From Candidatus Omnitrophota bacterium (GTDB taxonomy: Bacteria; Omnitrophota; Gorgyraeia; 2-01-FULL-45-10): DNA of 61,669 nt. The stretch is from the NCBI GenBank assembly GCA_029004355.1, contig JAQURV010000001.1:1-61669 (forward strand). Reading direction: 5' to 3'. The notes under the pieces were generated by a model that saw only the letters and a program-made list of their open reading frames with translations, had not been told where the DNA came from and did not search any database. Of this stretch, positions 29,243 to 38,560 are shown in pieces. The translations under genes and the position numbers were made by a program. The stretch's first letter is position 1. The number at the start of each line of letters is the position of its first letter.

Positions 29243-30682
29243 ATGCGCATTCTATTTGTCGTCACTAATGTGGGGGTCGCGGAATCTTACGGCCCGATGT
29301 GCCTCTCCGCGATCGCAAAACAGAGCGGGCACCAGACGCGCTTTGTCCGTTTTGTCCCTTCGGCGGTTGCGGAGATCGTCAAAGAATGGTCCCCCGACGT
29401 TATAGGCTGGTCGGCATTCAGCGGCGAGTTCGCCGCCATGGCCGGCCTGAACGATGCCCTGAAGAGATCCCATCGTTTCGTCTCTATTTTTGGCGGACCA
29501 CACCCCACTTATTTCCCCGAAGCATTGCTCAACCACAACATAGACTATTCTGTCGTCGGGGAAGGCGAGGTGGCCCTGATGAAGCTTATAGATGCGGTCG
29601 GCAGCGGTTCGGACGGTTCGGAGATCCTCAACGTCTTGACGAGAGAAAAGCGGAAAACAGAGCTTTATCCTCTCGTTCAGGACATGGACAGCCTTCCCAT
29701 ACCGGATTATGAAGGGTACTATTCTGCCTGCTCCTTTTTGAAAGATTTCCCTATAAAATTATTCATGTCATCCCGCGGTTGTCCGTATAATTGCAGCTAT
29801 TGCTTTAATCACCAGTTCCACAGTCTTTATAAAGGCAAAGGCAGGATCATCAGGCAATACAGCGTCGGCCGCCTGATCGAAGAGGTCCTTTTCGTAAAAA
29901 AACGTTTTCCTCTCGAATTCATCCGTTTCAACAGCGACTATTTTGTGCTGACACGCGATAAGTGGCTCGAAGAGTTTTGCGAAGAATATCCGAAAAGGGC
30001 GGGCCTTCCGTTCAGCTGTGTGATGAACCCCAATAATATCACCGATGAGATCATAACGATGCTGAAAGGGGCCGGGTTAAAGTCCATATGCCTGGCTATC
30101 GAATGCGGCAACGAAGAGGACCGCAAAAACTTGCTGACGCGTAATATCCGCGACGAAACGATGCTGGACGCCTTCGGGGTAATGCACAGGCATAATATCC
30201 GCAGTTTCGCGACAGTGATGCTCGGCCTGCCCGGGACCACATTCGAAAAAGACCTCGAAACTCTTAAATTTGCCCGGAAGTGCGCTCCGACCGCCATAAC
30301 GGCGCCAATATTCCAGCCTTATCCGAAGTTGAGACTTACGGACTATGCCATCAGTCGGGGGCATTATACCCCGGATGTCGGCGGGAAGTTCAATTCCGTA
30401 TTTTACGGCAAGTCATTGCTCAATTTTTCCGAGGATGTTAAACGAAAACAGAAGAACCTGTCCGATAGCTTCGGGCTGCTGGCCGCATCCCCGTTCCTTT
30501 CGAAGATGACGCTGCCATTTATCGGGCATCGCCTGGTCATGCTGCCATTTATCGCCTTGAACAATCTATTAAGCATGTACATATACCAGACAAAGATATT
30601 TCCCCATCGGTTAACCCCTAAACGGTTATGGCTTAACCTGAAGGCGGCCATCGGATACTTCTCCCGCATAGTCAAGACATGA
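29243..30682 (+). CDS. B12-binding-domain radical SAM protein (paralog 7)
   Basis: 479 aa with MRILFVVTNVG, SIFGGPHPTYFPEA and SSRGCPYNCSYC. Confidence 0.85.
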   Translation: MRILFVVTNVGVAESYGPMCLSAIAKQSGHQTRFVRFVPSAVAEIVKEWSPDVIGWSAFSGEFAAMAGLNDALKRSHRFVSIFGGPHPTYFPEALLNHNIDYSVVGEGEVALMKLIDAVGSGSDGSEILNVLTREKRKTELYPLVQDMDSLPIPDYEGYYSACSFLKDFPIKLFMSSRGCPYNCSYCFNHQFHSLYKGKGRIIRQYSVGRLIEEVLFVKKRFPLEFIRFNSDYFVLTRDKWLEEFCEEYPKRAGLPFSCVMNPNNITDEIITMLKGAGLKSICLAIECGNEEDRKNLLTRNIRDETMLDAFGVMHRHNIRSFATVMLGLPGTTFEKDLETLKFARKCAPTAITAPIFQPYPKLRLTDYAISRGHYTPDVGGKFNSVFYGKSLLNFSEDVKRKQKNLSDSFGLLAASPFLSKMTLPFIGHRLVMLPFIALNNLLSMYIYQTKIFPHRLTPKRLWLNLKAAIGYFSRIVKT

Positions 30683-30697
30683 GGCTATAGTGTTTTA

Positions 30698-30726
30698 TTG
30701 TCTTAGCCATAATTTTATTATATAAT
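30698..30726 (+). promoter_or_regulatory. Candidate sigma70-type promoter for the downstream half of the glycan array
   Basis: TTGTCT (30698-30703), a 17-nt spacer, then TATAAT (30721-30726). It sits in the only AT-rich gap (83 nt) of the first 39 kb. A second TATAAT is at 30734-30739. Confidence 0.45.
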
Positions 30727-30765
30727 ATTAGGCTATAATATTAGGGCAGGAAAAAAGATCGCAGG

Positions 30766-31974
30766 GTGATAATGCTTAAGAACGAGAACATAATCTGTAT
30801 ATCCACGATAGACTGGGATTTCATCTGGCAGGGGCACCAGGAGATAATGGCCACCTTTGCCAGGAACGGCAACAGGGTATTGTTCATAGAGAATACCGGC
30901 GTTAGAGTTCCGGGCATCAGGGATATCCCGCGCTTAAAGAAGAGGCTCCTAAGCTGGATAAAGAGCGCCAAGGGTTTCAGGGAAGAGCGGGAGAACCTTT
31001 TCGTCTACTCTCCGATCGTCCTGCCTTTTCCTTATTCCAGGATCGCCAGGTTCATCAACAGGAATATCCTGCTCCGGGCGCTTAAAAAATGGATGAAGGC
31101 GACGAACTTCCGCGACCCTATTATATGGACATTTTTGCCCACAGGGATAGCGATAGATATCATAAATAATATAGACAGAAAGATGCTGGTCTATTATTGC
31201 ATAGCGGATTTCTATAAGCTGGTCGACGACCCGAAAAAAGTCAAGAAGACGGAGGATGAGGTAATAAGGAAGTGCGACCTGGTCTTTGTCCAGGGAAACG
31301 TGCTCAAAGAGAGATGCCTGCGCTTCAATAAAAATGTCCACATATTCCCCTTTGGAGTGAATATCCAGACATTTGAGAACTATGATCGCGCCAACAGCGC
31401 GCTGCCTAAAGATATCAGAGGAATAAAGGGCCCCGTCATCGGATATGTAGGGGGTTTGCACAAACACGTCGACTTCAGATTGATAAGATCTATGGCGGAT
31501 AAGCATCCCGACTGGTCGATAGTTATGGTCGGCCCGGCGCAAACAGATATCTCCGAGGTCGAATCACGGAAGAATGTTTTCCTGCTGGGTAAAAAAGATT
31601 TCAAGGACCTGCCGTTATATATAAATAAATTCGACGTCTGTTTGATACCGTACGAGATCAATGACTATACCAAAACGGTATTCCCGACCAAGCTGAACGA
31701 ATATCATTCTATGGGCAAACCGGTCGTCTCGACAAGTCTGCCGGAGGTCATCGATTTCAATAAAGCGAACGACGAGCTGGTATCGGTAAGTACTGATCGG
31801 GCCGATTTCGACAGGAAGACGGAAGCGGCGATCTCCGACAAAAGCGAGAAGCTTGTTAAGAAGCGGATAGAATCGGCAAAGCGGAACAGCTGGACGGAAC
31901 GCATCGAAGAGATGAGCTGTCTGATGCAATTGGCTATGGATAGAAAGGGGGATCAAAGTGGCGAAGATAATTGA
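30766..31974 (+). CDS. Glycosyltransferase, GT-B (GT4/TuaH-like)
   Basis: 402 aa. The start is GTG 30766 or ATG 30772. Motifs are ICISTIDWDFIWQGHQEIMATFARNGNRVLFIE and the C-terminal KLNEYHSMGKPVVST. Confidence 0.75.
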   Translation: MIMLKNENIICISTIDWDFIWQGHQEIMATFARNGNRVLFIENTGVRVPGIRDIPRLKKRLLSWIKSAKGFREERENLFVYSPIVLPFPYSRIARFINRNILLRALKKWMKATNFRDPIIWTFLPTGIAIDIINNIDRKMLVYYCIADFYKLVDDPKKVKKTEDEVIRKCDLVFVQGNVLKERCLRFNKNVHIFPFGVNIQTFENYDRANSALPKDIRGIKGPVIGYVGGLHKHVDFRLIRSMADKHPDWSIVMVGPAQTDISEVESRKNVFLLGKKDFKDLPLYINKFDVCLIPYEINDYTKTVFPTKLNEYHSMGKPVVSTSLPEVIDFNKANDELVSVSTDRADFDRKTEAAISDKSEKLVKKRIESAKRNSWTERIEEMSCLMQLAMDRKGDQSGEDN

Positions 31975-32473
31975 TCAAAAGGGCAGGCTCTTCGGGTTGA
32001 TAAACGTAATAGACCTTTCCGTTATCCTTATATTGGTCTCTTTTGTGCCGCTGATATTCATCGGATATAAGATCGTCAGCATGGGCGAGAAGACAGAAGA
32101 TAAAGAATGGGTATCCGTTAAGATAAAGCTTGTAGAAACAGAGCCCGAGTTCAGCAGTATAATATCGGCCGGAGACGTTGAAAAAGATCCTCTCGGAAAG
32201 ACTATAGGCAGGCTGACCGCCATAGCAAATGTCAAACCGTCTAAAGTTTGGGTCACGGTGGACAATAAGATGCTGACGACGATCGATCACCCGGTCAAGA
32301 AAGATATCGTGGTCAATGCCGATATCTTATGCCTGAAAAAAGAAGGCACCCTTTATTATAAGGCTATCCCGGTAAAGGTGGGCAATGCGATCACTTTCAC
32401 CACGGACCTTTACAACCTCCCGGGTTTAGTCGTAGGGTTGGAGAGAGACAAAACTCTGGATATAAATGAATAA
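31958..32473 (+). CDS. Small N-terminally anchored protein, DUF4330-like
   Basis: 171 aa. GTG start with an AGGGGG SD. The N-terminus MAKIIDQKGRLFGLINVIDLSVILILV matches my memory of the DUF4330 family signature. This was not verified. Confidence 0.6.
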   Translation: MAKIIDQKGRLFGLINVIDLSVILILVSFVPLIFIGYKIVSMGEKTEDKEWVSVKIKLVETEPEFSSIISAGDVEKDPLGKTIGRLTAIANVKPSKVWVTVDNKMLTTIDHPVKKDIVVNADILCLKKEGTLYYKAIPVKVGNAITFTTDLYNLPGLVVGLERDKTLDINE

Positions 32474-33041
32474 TCATATGTTCCCGGACAGCAAAGCTGC
32501 CGGCATCATGAAAAAGTTTTTAAAAAGGTACCATTCTCTTGAAGCTAAGATAGAGGGGTTCTACGAGAGCTCAGTTTCATATGATAGGATACTGGAGATC
32601 CGGAGGGCATTCAAAACATGCCTGAATGAAAGCTTCTTAATGAAAATTACGCAGGCTAAAAAGGGCAGCTCATTGAAGATCGCGGATAGCAGGATAGCCA
32701 GCCGGCTAGTCCCGTTTGTTAATAAAAAGAAGGAAAAGGCAGCCGCTTATTTTAGTCATAGCATCATAAACGGATCTATCCGGTATGTAAAGACCGTTCT
32801 TCGCGCAGCCACACCAAAGACGATGATCTCGATAGGCGTTGCGGCGCTTATAACTAATATGGTAATCTCGCTGGCCATTAAGATGCCGGTAGGTCCGTTC
32901 GGCTGGACGATCCGCGTGGCCTTTACGCTGCTGGGTATAGTTGTTCTGTCGAGCGATATCCATGCGGAAGGTATAAGAGAGACCAGTATTTTCGCCGGAT
33001 TCTTTATGCGAAGGAAAAAGATCAGTGGCCCAGGCTGCTAA
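32466..33041 (+). CDS. Hypothetical membrane protein
   Basis: 191 aa with a basic soluble N-terminal half and two C-terminal hydrophobic helices (ISIGVAALITNMVISLAI, IRVAFTLLGIVVL). I recognised no family. Confidence 0.55.
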   Translation: MNNHMFPDSKAAGIMKKFLKRYHSLEAKIEGFYESSVSYDRILEIRRAFKTCLNESFLMKITQAKKGSSLKIADSRIASRLVPFVNKKKEKAAAYFSHSIINGSIRYVKTVLRAATPKTMISIGVAALITNMVISLAIKMPVGPFGWTIRVAFTLLGIVVLSSDIHAEGIRETSIFAGFFMRRKKISGPGC

Positions 33042-34236
33042 GGGAAAGATAAAGGTCGTCAGGATAATCACCAGGTTGAATATAGGCGGTCCAGCCATTC
33101 ATACGATACTGCTGGCTGAGGGGCTGGATAAAGATATCTTCGAAACGTATTTTGTAGCCGGAAAGCCCGATGCGTCAGAGGGCGATATGTCATGGCTTGC
33201 GAAGCGGAAAAACGTGAAAGTCGATTATATACCGGAAATGGGGAGGGAGATAAGTTCCAGAGATCTCCCGGCTCTTATAAAACTGGTAAAATTATTGATG
33301 AGGATAAAGCCGGACATCGTCCATACGCACACGGCGAAGGCGGGGACGCTGGGGAGGCTTGCCGCTATAATTGCGGGCGTGCCGGTGAAGATACATACTT
33401 TCCACGGGCATGTCTTTGACGGTTATTTCAACCCCGTAAAGACGAAGGTCTTCCTTATTATCGAGAGGTTCCTGGCGATCTTTACCGATAAGGTCATTGT
33501 TGTAAGCAAAAGCGTCCGGGATGAGATAGTGAACGGCTTGAGGATAGTGCCGGATAAAAAATCTATAGTTATAAAGCTGGGGTTTGAGCTGGAGAGATTT
33601 TTAGATAACGACGGATCCAAAGGCGGCCTGAGAAAAGAGCTGGGTATCGCGCCGGATACCCTGCTTGTCGGTATCGTGGGCAGGCTCGTTCCTATAAAGA
33701 ACCACGGGATGTTCTTGAGCGCGGCCCGCAAGATCATCGATAGCGCGCCGGGCAAGAAGATAAAATTCCTTATAATAGGGGACGGGGAGCTCAAGGCGCA
33801 TCTCGAAGAAGAAGCCAAAAAGATTAAGCTGGATAATGATGTACTATTCACGGGCTGGATGATGGATGTCGCGGAGGTATACGCGGATCTGGATGTGGTG
33901 GCGCTTACCTCCTTGAATGAAGGGACGCCGGTTTCGCTTATCGAGGCCATGGCATCGGCGCGGCCGGTCGTCGCGACATCGGTGGGCGGCGTAGCCGATA
34001 TCGTTACGGACGGTAAAGACGGGTTATTGTTCGCTTCGGGTGATGTCGAAGGCTTTGCAGGAGGCATAACGGATCTTATAAAAGACGACGGCAGGAGGAG
34101 AGAGATGGGGGCGGCCGGCAGGGAATCTGTCAGGAAGGCCTTTCATAAGGATCGGCTGATCAGGGAGACGGAAGATCTCTACCTGGATTGTGTAAATAAA
34201 AAGAATAGTGCTAAAAAGGCTGGAGGCTTAAAATGA
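33025..34236 (+). CDS. Glycosyltransferase family 4 (GT-B)
   Basis: 403 aa. GTG start with an AAGGA SD. Motifs are VVRIITRLNIGGPAIH and EGTPVSLIEAMASARPVVATSVGGVADIV. Confidence 0.9.
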   Translation: MAQAAKGKIKVVRIITRLNIGGPAIHTILLAEGLDKDIFETYFVAGKPDASEGDMSWLAKRKNVKVDYIPEMGREISSRDLPALIKLVKLLMRIKPDIVHTHTAKAGTLGRLAAIIAGVPVKIHTFHGHVFDGYFNPVKTKVFLIIERFLAIFTDKVIVVSKSVRDEIVNGLRIVPDKKSIVIKLGFELERFLDNDGSKGGLRKELGIAPDTLLVGIVGRLVPIKNHGMFLSAARKIIDSAPGKKIKFLIIGDGELKAHLEEEAKKIKLDNDVLFTGWMMDVAEVYADLDVVALTSLNEGTPVSLIEAMASARPVVATSVGGVADIVTDGKDGLLFASGDVEGFAGGITDLIKDDGRRREMGAAGRESVRKAFHKDRLIRETEDLYLDCVNKKNSAKKAGGLK

Positions 34237-35228
34237 AAATGAAACCTATGAAAAATCTTATAACGGGCGGCGCAGGTTTCATAGGATCGCATTTGGCGGA
34301 GAGACTGCTGGAGAATGGAGAAAAGGTTACGGTGATCGATAACCTTTCTACGGGTAGCATTAAGAATATCGAGCACCTGAAAAGAGATCCTAAGTTCTCA
34401 TATCATATCGATACTATAATGAACCGTAATACTATGAGACGCCTTATCAAAGAGAGCGATATGGTTTATCACCTTGCCGCCGCGGTCGGCGTGCAGTATA
34501 TAATCGATAATCCGCTCGAATCTATCAAGACCAACGTAGAAGGTACCGAGATAGTCCTTGAGCTTGCCCATTCGCTGGGGAACAAGAAGGTTGTGGTCGC
34601 ATCCACTTCCGAGATATACGGCAAGGACAGGCCGGGCAAACGGATATTCAAAGAAGACGACGACAGGGTCCTGGGCGCGACGACTATATCAAGATGGAGC
34701 TATTCCTGCACAAAGGCGCTCGATGAGTTCCTGGCCTTCGCGTATTGGAGAGAGAAGCATTTGCCGGTAGTCATAGCGAGATTCTTCAATACATGCGGAT
34801 CGAGGCAGACGGGCAGGTATGGGATGGTCGTGCCGCGCTTCATAAAACAGGCGCTATCGGGGAAGCCCATAACTATATATGGCGACGGGAAGCAATCGAG
34901 ATGTTTTACCGATGTAAGGGATACCGTAAGAGCGCTCGTCTTGTTATCGAAGAACAGGTCCGCGGTGGGTGAGGTATTCAATATAGGCAACCCCTATAAT
35001 AAGGTGACGATAAATGCTTTAGCCGGCAGGATAAAGCATATGTGCGCATCCGGGTCTATGATAGTAAGGATACCGTATGAAAAAGCCTTCAGCGGGGGGT
35101 TTGAAGACATGCGGCACAGGGAGCCGGATATAAAAAAGCTTAGGTCTCTTACAGGTTTTAATCCGAAGATAAAGATGGATGAGATGCTTTATACGATGAT
35201 AGATGATATCGGAAAAGGGCAGAGATAA
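34233..35228 (+). CDS. NAD-dependent epimerase/dehydratase (extended SDR)
   Basis: 331 aa with GGAGFIGSHLAERLL and YSCTK (YxxxK). A GGAGG SD lies 8 nt upstream, and the start makes an ATGA overlap. Confidence 0.85.
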   Translation: MKMKPMKNLITGGAGFIGSHLAERLLENGEKVTVIDNLSTGSIKNIEHLKRDPKFSYHIDTIMNRNTMRRLIKESDMVYHLAAAVGVQYIIDNPLESIKTNVEGTEIVLELAHSLGNKKVVVASTSEIYGKDRPGKRIFKEDDDRVLGATTISRWSYSCTKALDEFLAFAYWREKHLPVVIARFFNTCGSRQTGRYGMVVPRFIKQALSGKPITIYGDGKQSRCFTDVRDTVRALVLLSKNRSAVGEVFNIGNPYNKVTINALAGRIKHMCASGSMIVRIPYEKAFSGGFEDMRHREPDIKKLRSLTGFNPKIKMDEMLYTMIDDIGKGQR

Positions 35229-35231
35229 AAG

Positions 35232-36266
35232 ATGAACTATATTCAGATACTGGATGTTTTTTTCATAGCGGGCTTTATAGCGTATTTGCTGACGCCTTTC
35301 ATAAGAACGGTGGCTACAAAATTCGGCTATCTCGATCATCCGCAGGATAATAAGGTGCACGCCCATCCTATGCCTCTCCTGGGAGGCGTATCGATATTCG
35401 CTGCCTTTGCGATATCCCTGCTGACAAAAGAAGCGGTTATCGCTCTGCCGCCGGTCAGGGCGATACTGATAGGCGCGCTCATATTATTTATCATCGGCCT
35501 TATCGACGATAAGATGGGGATGATGCCTAACTTTAAGCTCCTGGGGCAATTCCTGGCGGCGATGATCATAATCAAATCCGGCCTCAGGATAGAGTTCGTC
35601 AATAATTATTATCTGAGCATCGTTATTACATATATCTGGATAATCGGCATAACGAACGCTTTAAATCTTTTGGATAACATGAACGGCCTGTCCGCCGGTA
35701 TAGCCGCTATCGCGGCCGTATTCTTCGGTATAATATCGTATTTGAACGGACAGCATGAAGTGAGCGCCGTGGCGTTTGCGCTTGCCGGAGGCGCGCTCGG
35801 GTTTATCAAATACAATTTCCCGAAAGCCAGCATATTTATGGGAGACACAGGCAGCCTGGTATTGGGGTACGTGCTTTCCGCTATCGCGATAATGGGCAAC
35901 TGGAAGACTTATATACTCACTACCTCTATCATGGTCCCGATCCTGGTGCTTGGTTATCCTATCTTCGATACGACCCTGGTCTCCGTAATGCGCATATTGG
36001 AAAGACGGTCGATATTCCAGGGCGGCAAAGACCATTCTTCGCATCGCCTGGCCCTCATAGGATTTAAGCGTTTCAAAACGGTGCTTATTATTTACGCCAT
36101 ATGTATCTTCCTTGGTCTCATGGCATTGGCCATAAGCAATGTGCACTGGCGCATAGGGATCCCGCTCCTGGTTGCCACGGTCGTTATAATGCTTTTACTT
36201 GGCGTGCGCTTAAGCCTTGTCGATACAAAACGCTACGGAAGAAAAAAAGGGGCTTATGAAAACTGA
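35232..36266 (+). CDS. Polyprenyl-phosphate sugar-1-phosphate transferase (MraY/WecA superfamily, initiating enzyme)
   Basis: 344 aa and polytopic, with IDDKMGM, NALNLLDNMNGLSAG and GDTGSLVLGY. Confidence 0.85.
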   Translation: MNYIQILDVFFIAGFIAYLLTPFIRTVATKFGYLDHPQDNKVHAHPMPLLGGVSIFAAFAISLLTKEAVIALPPVRAILIGALILFIIGLIDDKMGMMPNFKLLGQFLAAMIIIKSGLRIEFVNNYYLSIVITYIWIIGITNALNLLDNMNGLSAGIAAIAAVFFGIISYLNGQHEVSAVAFALAGGALGFIKYNFPKASIFMGDTGSLVLGYVLSAIAIMGNWKTYILTTSIMVPILVLGYPIFDTTLVSVMRILERRSIFQGGKDHSSHRLALIGFKRFKTVLIIYAICIFLGLMALAISNVHWRIGIPLLVATVVIMLLLGVRLSLVDTKRYGRKKGAYEN

Positions 36267-37482
36267 GCGGTTAGTTTTCTTTCTTGATAAGATAGCGGCG
36301 TGGTCGCTTTACATTATTATATTTACACTGCCGTTCTCGAAGTCGATCGTGGAGATCTCGATAGCCGTCGGTATCGTAAGTATCGTTGCAAAGAAGATAC
36401 TGGCAAGAGAGCGTATCCTCGTGAATACACATATCGAAATATTCCTTTATATCTTTGTGGCGGCATCGCTTATATCGATATTCAACACTCAAACCTCGCA
36501 GCTGGCCTTAAGCGCGCGGGCCTTCTTCTCTAAAACGCTGAAATTCGCCGCGCTCTTTCTTATAACCAAAGAGATCATAAATACCCGCGAGAAACTTTCG
36601 AACTTCATTATGATCGCCGCCCTGTCATGCGCCGTTATGCTGGTCGATGCTTTCGCCCAGTACTTCATTACGCACGAGGATTTTTTGCATAAGTACACCT
36701 CTTTTCTGTACACCAAGGAATGGCCGAACTTCCGCGGCTTTCCTACGGCGTCTTTCCCGTTCCCCAACGATTTTGCGGCCTGGATGCTGGTCTTTATATT
36801 CCCGGCCTTTGCGTTCGCTTTATTCGTAAAGGGAGATATCCGGAAGAATGTGATCGGTTCAGTATTATTCGCGGCTCTGCTGTACTTCCTTATAATAACT
36901 AAAGTAAGAGGCGCCTGGGCGGCTTTCTTCTTCTCCTTCATACTGCTTTGCATCGTCAAATTAAAAAGGATAGGGTGGCTCTTATTGCTGGTCATCGTAG
37001 TGATGGCGGGAGCGTTGAATATGGAACATCGCCTTTTGTCTATGGCAAGCGTAAATGACAGATCGGTCATGTGGAAGAACAGCACGACTATATTAATGCG
37101 TCATCCGGTCATAGGGAACGGGCTCAATACTTTCTACGACAACTACATGAAGGTCCGGGAGGATAAATTCAGGGATTCCCACGGCAGCTATGCGCACAAC
37201 TGTTATCTCCAGATGGCCGCAGAGATAGGCCTGGTCGGGCTCATCGCTTTCCTGGTTTTTGTTATTTCGGTTTTATATAACGCCTTCAGATCTCTTGCTT
37301 ACATCAAGGATAGTTTTTATTATTCTATCGTTCTGGGCGCCGGTCTGGGACTGTCGGCATTCCTTATCCACAGCGCCGTAGATACTAGCCTCTACTCGCT
37401 TCCGCTGGCAGCGCTCTTCTGGCTTTCTTTAGGCATACTGTCGGCCACGATCAATATTTCTAAAATTGAGGCGGGGACTTAA
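36256..37482 (+). CDS. O-antigen ligase / Wzy_C-domain membrane protein
   Basis: I chose ATG 36256 (MKTERLVFF), which overlaps the upstream gene by 11 nt. The protein is polytopic, with a periplasmic loop and the SYAHNCYLQMAAEIGLVGLIAF signature. Confidence 0.8.
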   Translation: MKTERLVFFLDKIAAWSLYIIIFTLPFSKSIVEISIAVGIVSIVAKKILARERILVNTHIEIFLYIFVAASLISIFNTQTSQLALSARAFFSKTLKFAALFLITKEIINTREKLSNFIMIAALSCAVMLVDAFAQYFITHEDFLHKYTSFLYTKEWPNFRGFPTASFPFPNDFAAWMLVFIFPAFAFALFVKGDIRKNVIGSVLFAALLYFLIITKVRGAWAAFFFSFILLCIVKLKRIGWLLLLVIVVMAGALNMEHRLLSMASVNDRSVMWKNSTTILMRHPVIGNGLNTFYDNYMKVREDKFRDSHGSYAHNCYLQMAAEIGLVGLIAFLVFVISVLYNAFRSLAYIKDSFYYSIVLGAGLGLSAFLIHSAVDTSLYSLPLAALFWLSLGILSATINISKIEAGT

Positions 37483-37483
37483 T

Positions 37484-38560
37484 ATGAAGATATTGATCAC
37501 AAACCCGTTCGGGATAGGAGACGTTATCTTCTCGACGCCGCTTATAGAGGTCGTAAGAAAGGTCTTCCCAAGATCCTATATCGGCTATATCTGTAACAGG
37601 CGCGTCTCGGAGCTCATAAAGACGAACCCGCATTTAAACAAGGTATTTGTCTATGAAAAGGACGAGTACAGAGAGATATGGCGCCGCTCCAAGATAAGAT
37701 GTGTGGTAAAAGCGGTCTCTTTTTTACGGAATATAAAACGGGAAAAGTTCGACATATCGATAGACCTTTCGCTGAACTATCAATGCAGCATGCTGTTTAA
37801 ATTGATAGGTATAAAGACTAGGGCGGGTTTTAATTACAGGAACAGGGGCAGGTTCCTTACGCATAAGATAGATATAGAGAGCTTTGACAATAAGCACGTG
37901 GTCGAGCATTATCTCGACGTATTACGTCTTCTCGGCATCAATGTATCCAGGGATATAGTCTCTCCGAAGGTATACGCTTCCGCCACAAGTTTGAGTTTCG
38001 GAGAGAGATTCCTGGAGGAAAATCATATCGGTAAAACGGACCTGTTGATAGGGATGGTGCCCGGTTGCGGCGCAAGCTGGGGGCAGGATGCCAGCCGCAG
38101 GCGCTGGGACAGGAAGAAGTTCGCCGCGCTTGCCAACAGGCTTATCGAAGAATGCGGAGCACGGGTAGTATTGCTGGGAAATTCAAAGGAGACCGTTATC
38201 TGCGAAGAGGTGCGGGCCGGGACGGGTGGCAGGGCGCTGAACTATAGCGGGAAGACCTCGATCGAAAAACTTATAGGCATCCTCGCGAGGTGCAAGGTAG
38301 TAATAACGAATGAAGGGGGCATGCTCCACATGGCGGCAGGTCTTGGCGTAAGGACCGTATCGCTCTTCGGCCCTGTAGACGAGGCTACCTATGGCCCTTA
38401 CCCCAGGGGTGCGGACCATACTATCTTATCCCGGAAGGATATGCCATGCAGGCCGTGTTACAAAAAGTTTAAATATAATATTTGCGATGAAAGGCGATGC
38501 CTGGATACGATCACGGTCGACGAAGTCTTCCGGGCGGCGGAGGAAGCGATCAAGCGATGA
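37484..38560 (+). CDS. Glycosyltransferase family 9 (heptosyltransferase-like)
   Basis: ATG 37484 lies 1 nt after the upstream stop. Motifs are MKILITNPFGIGDVIFSTPLI and LIGILARCKVVITNEGGMLHMAAGLGVRTVSLFGP. Confidence 0.85.
   Translation: MKILITNPFGIGDVIFSTPLIEVVRKVFPRSYIGYICNRRVSELIKTNPHLNKVFVYEKDEYREIWRRSKIRCVVKAVSFLRNIKREKFDISIDLSLNYQCSMLFKLIGIKTRAGFNYRNRGRFLTHKIDIESFDNKHVVEHYLDVLRLLGINVSRDIVSPKVYASATSLSFGERFLEENHIGKTDLLIGMVPGCGASWGQDASRRRWDRKKFAALANRLIEECGARVVLLGNSKETVICEEVRAGTGGRALNYSGKTSIEKLIGILARCKVVITNEGGMLHMAAGLGVRTVSLFGPVDEATYGPYPRGADHTILSRKDMPCRPCYKKFKYNICDERRCLDTITVDEVFRAAEEAIKR

Noticed and set aside
1440-30682. Reading the radical SAM cluster as a RiPP or other secondary-metabolite locus.
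   Set aside because: The tiny intergenic gaps leave no room for a small precursor-peptide ORF. I saw no peptidase, transporter, NRPS or PKS genes. Every neighbour is a sugar-activating, sugar-tailoring or glycosyl-transfer enzyme.
30682-30710. A possible terminator hairpin after radical SAM paralog 7 (GGCTA...TAGCC).
   Set aside because: It has only a 5-bp stem, a 16-nt loop and no T-tract, which is too weak to call.
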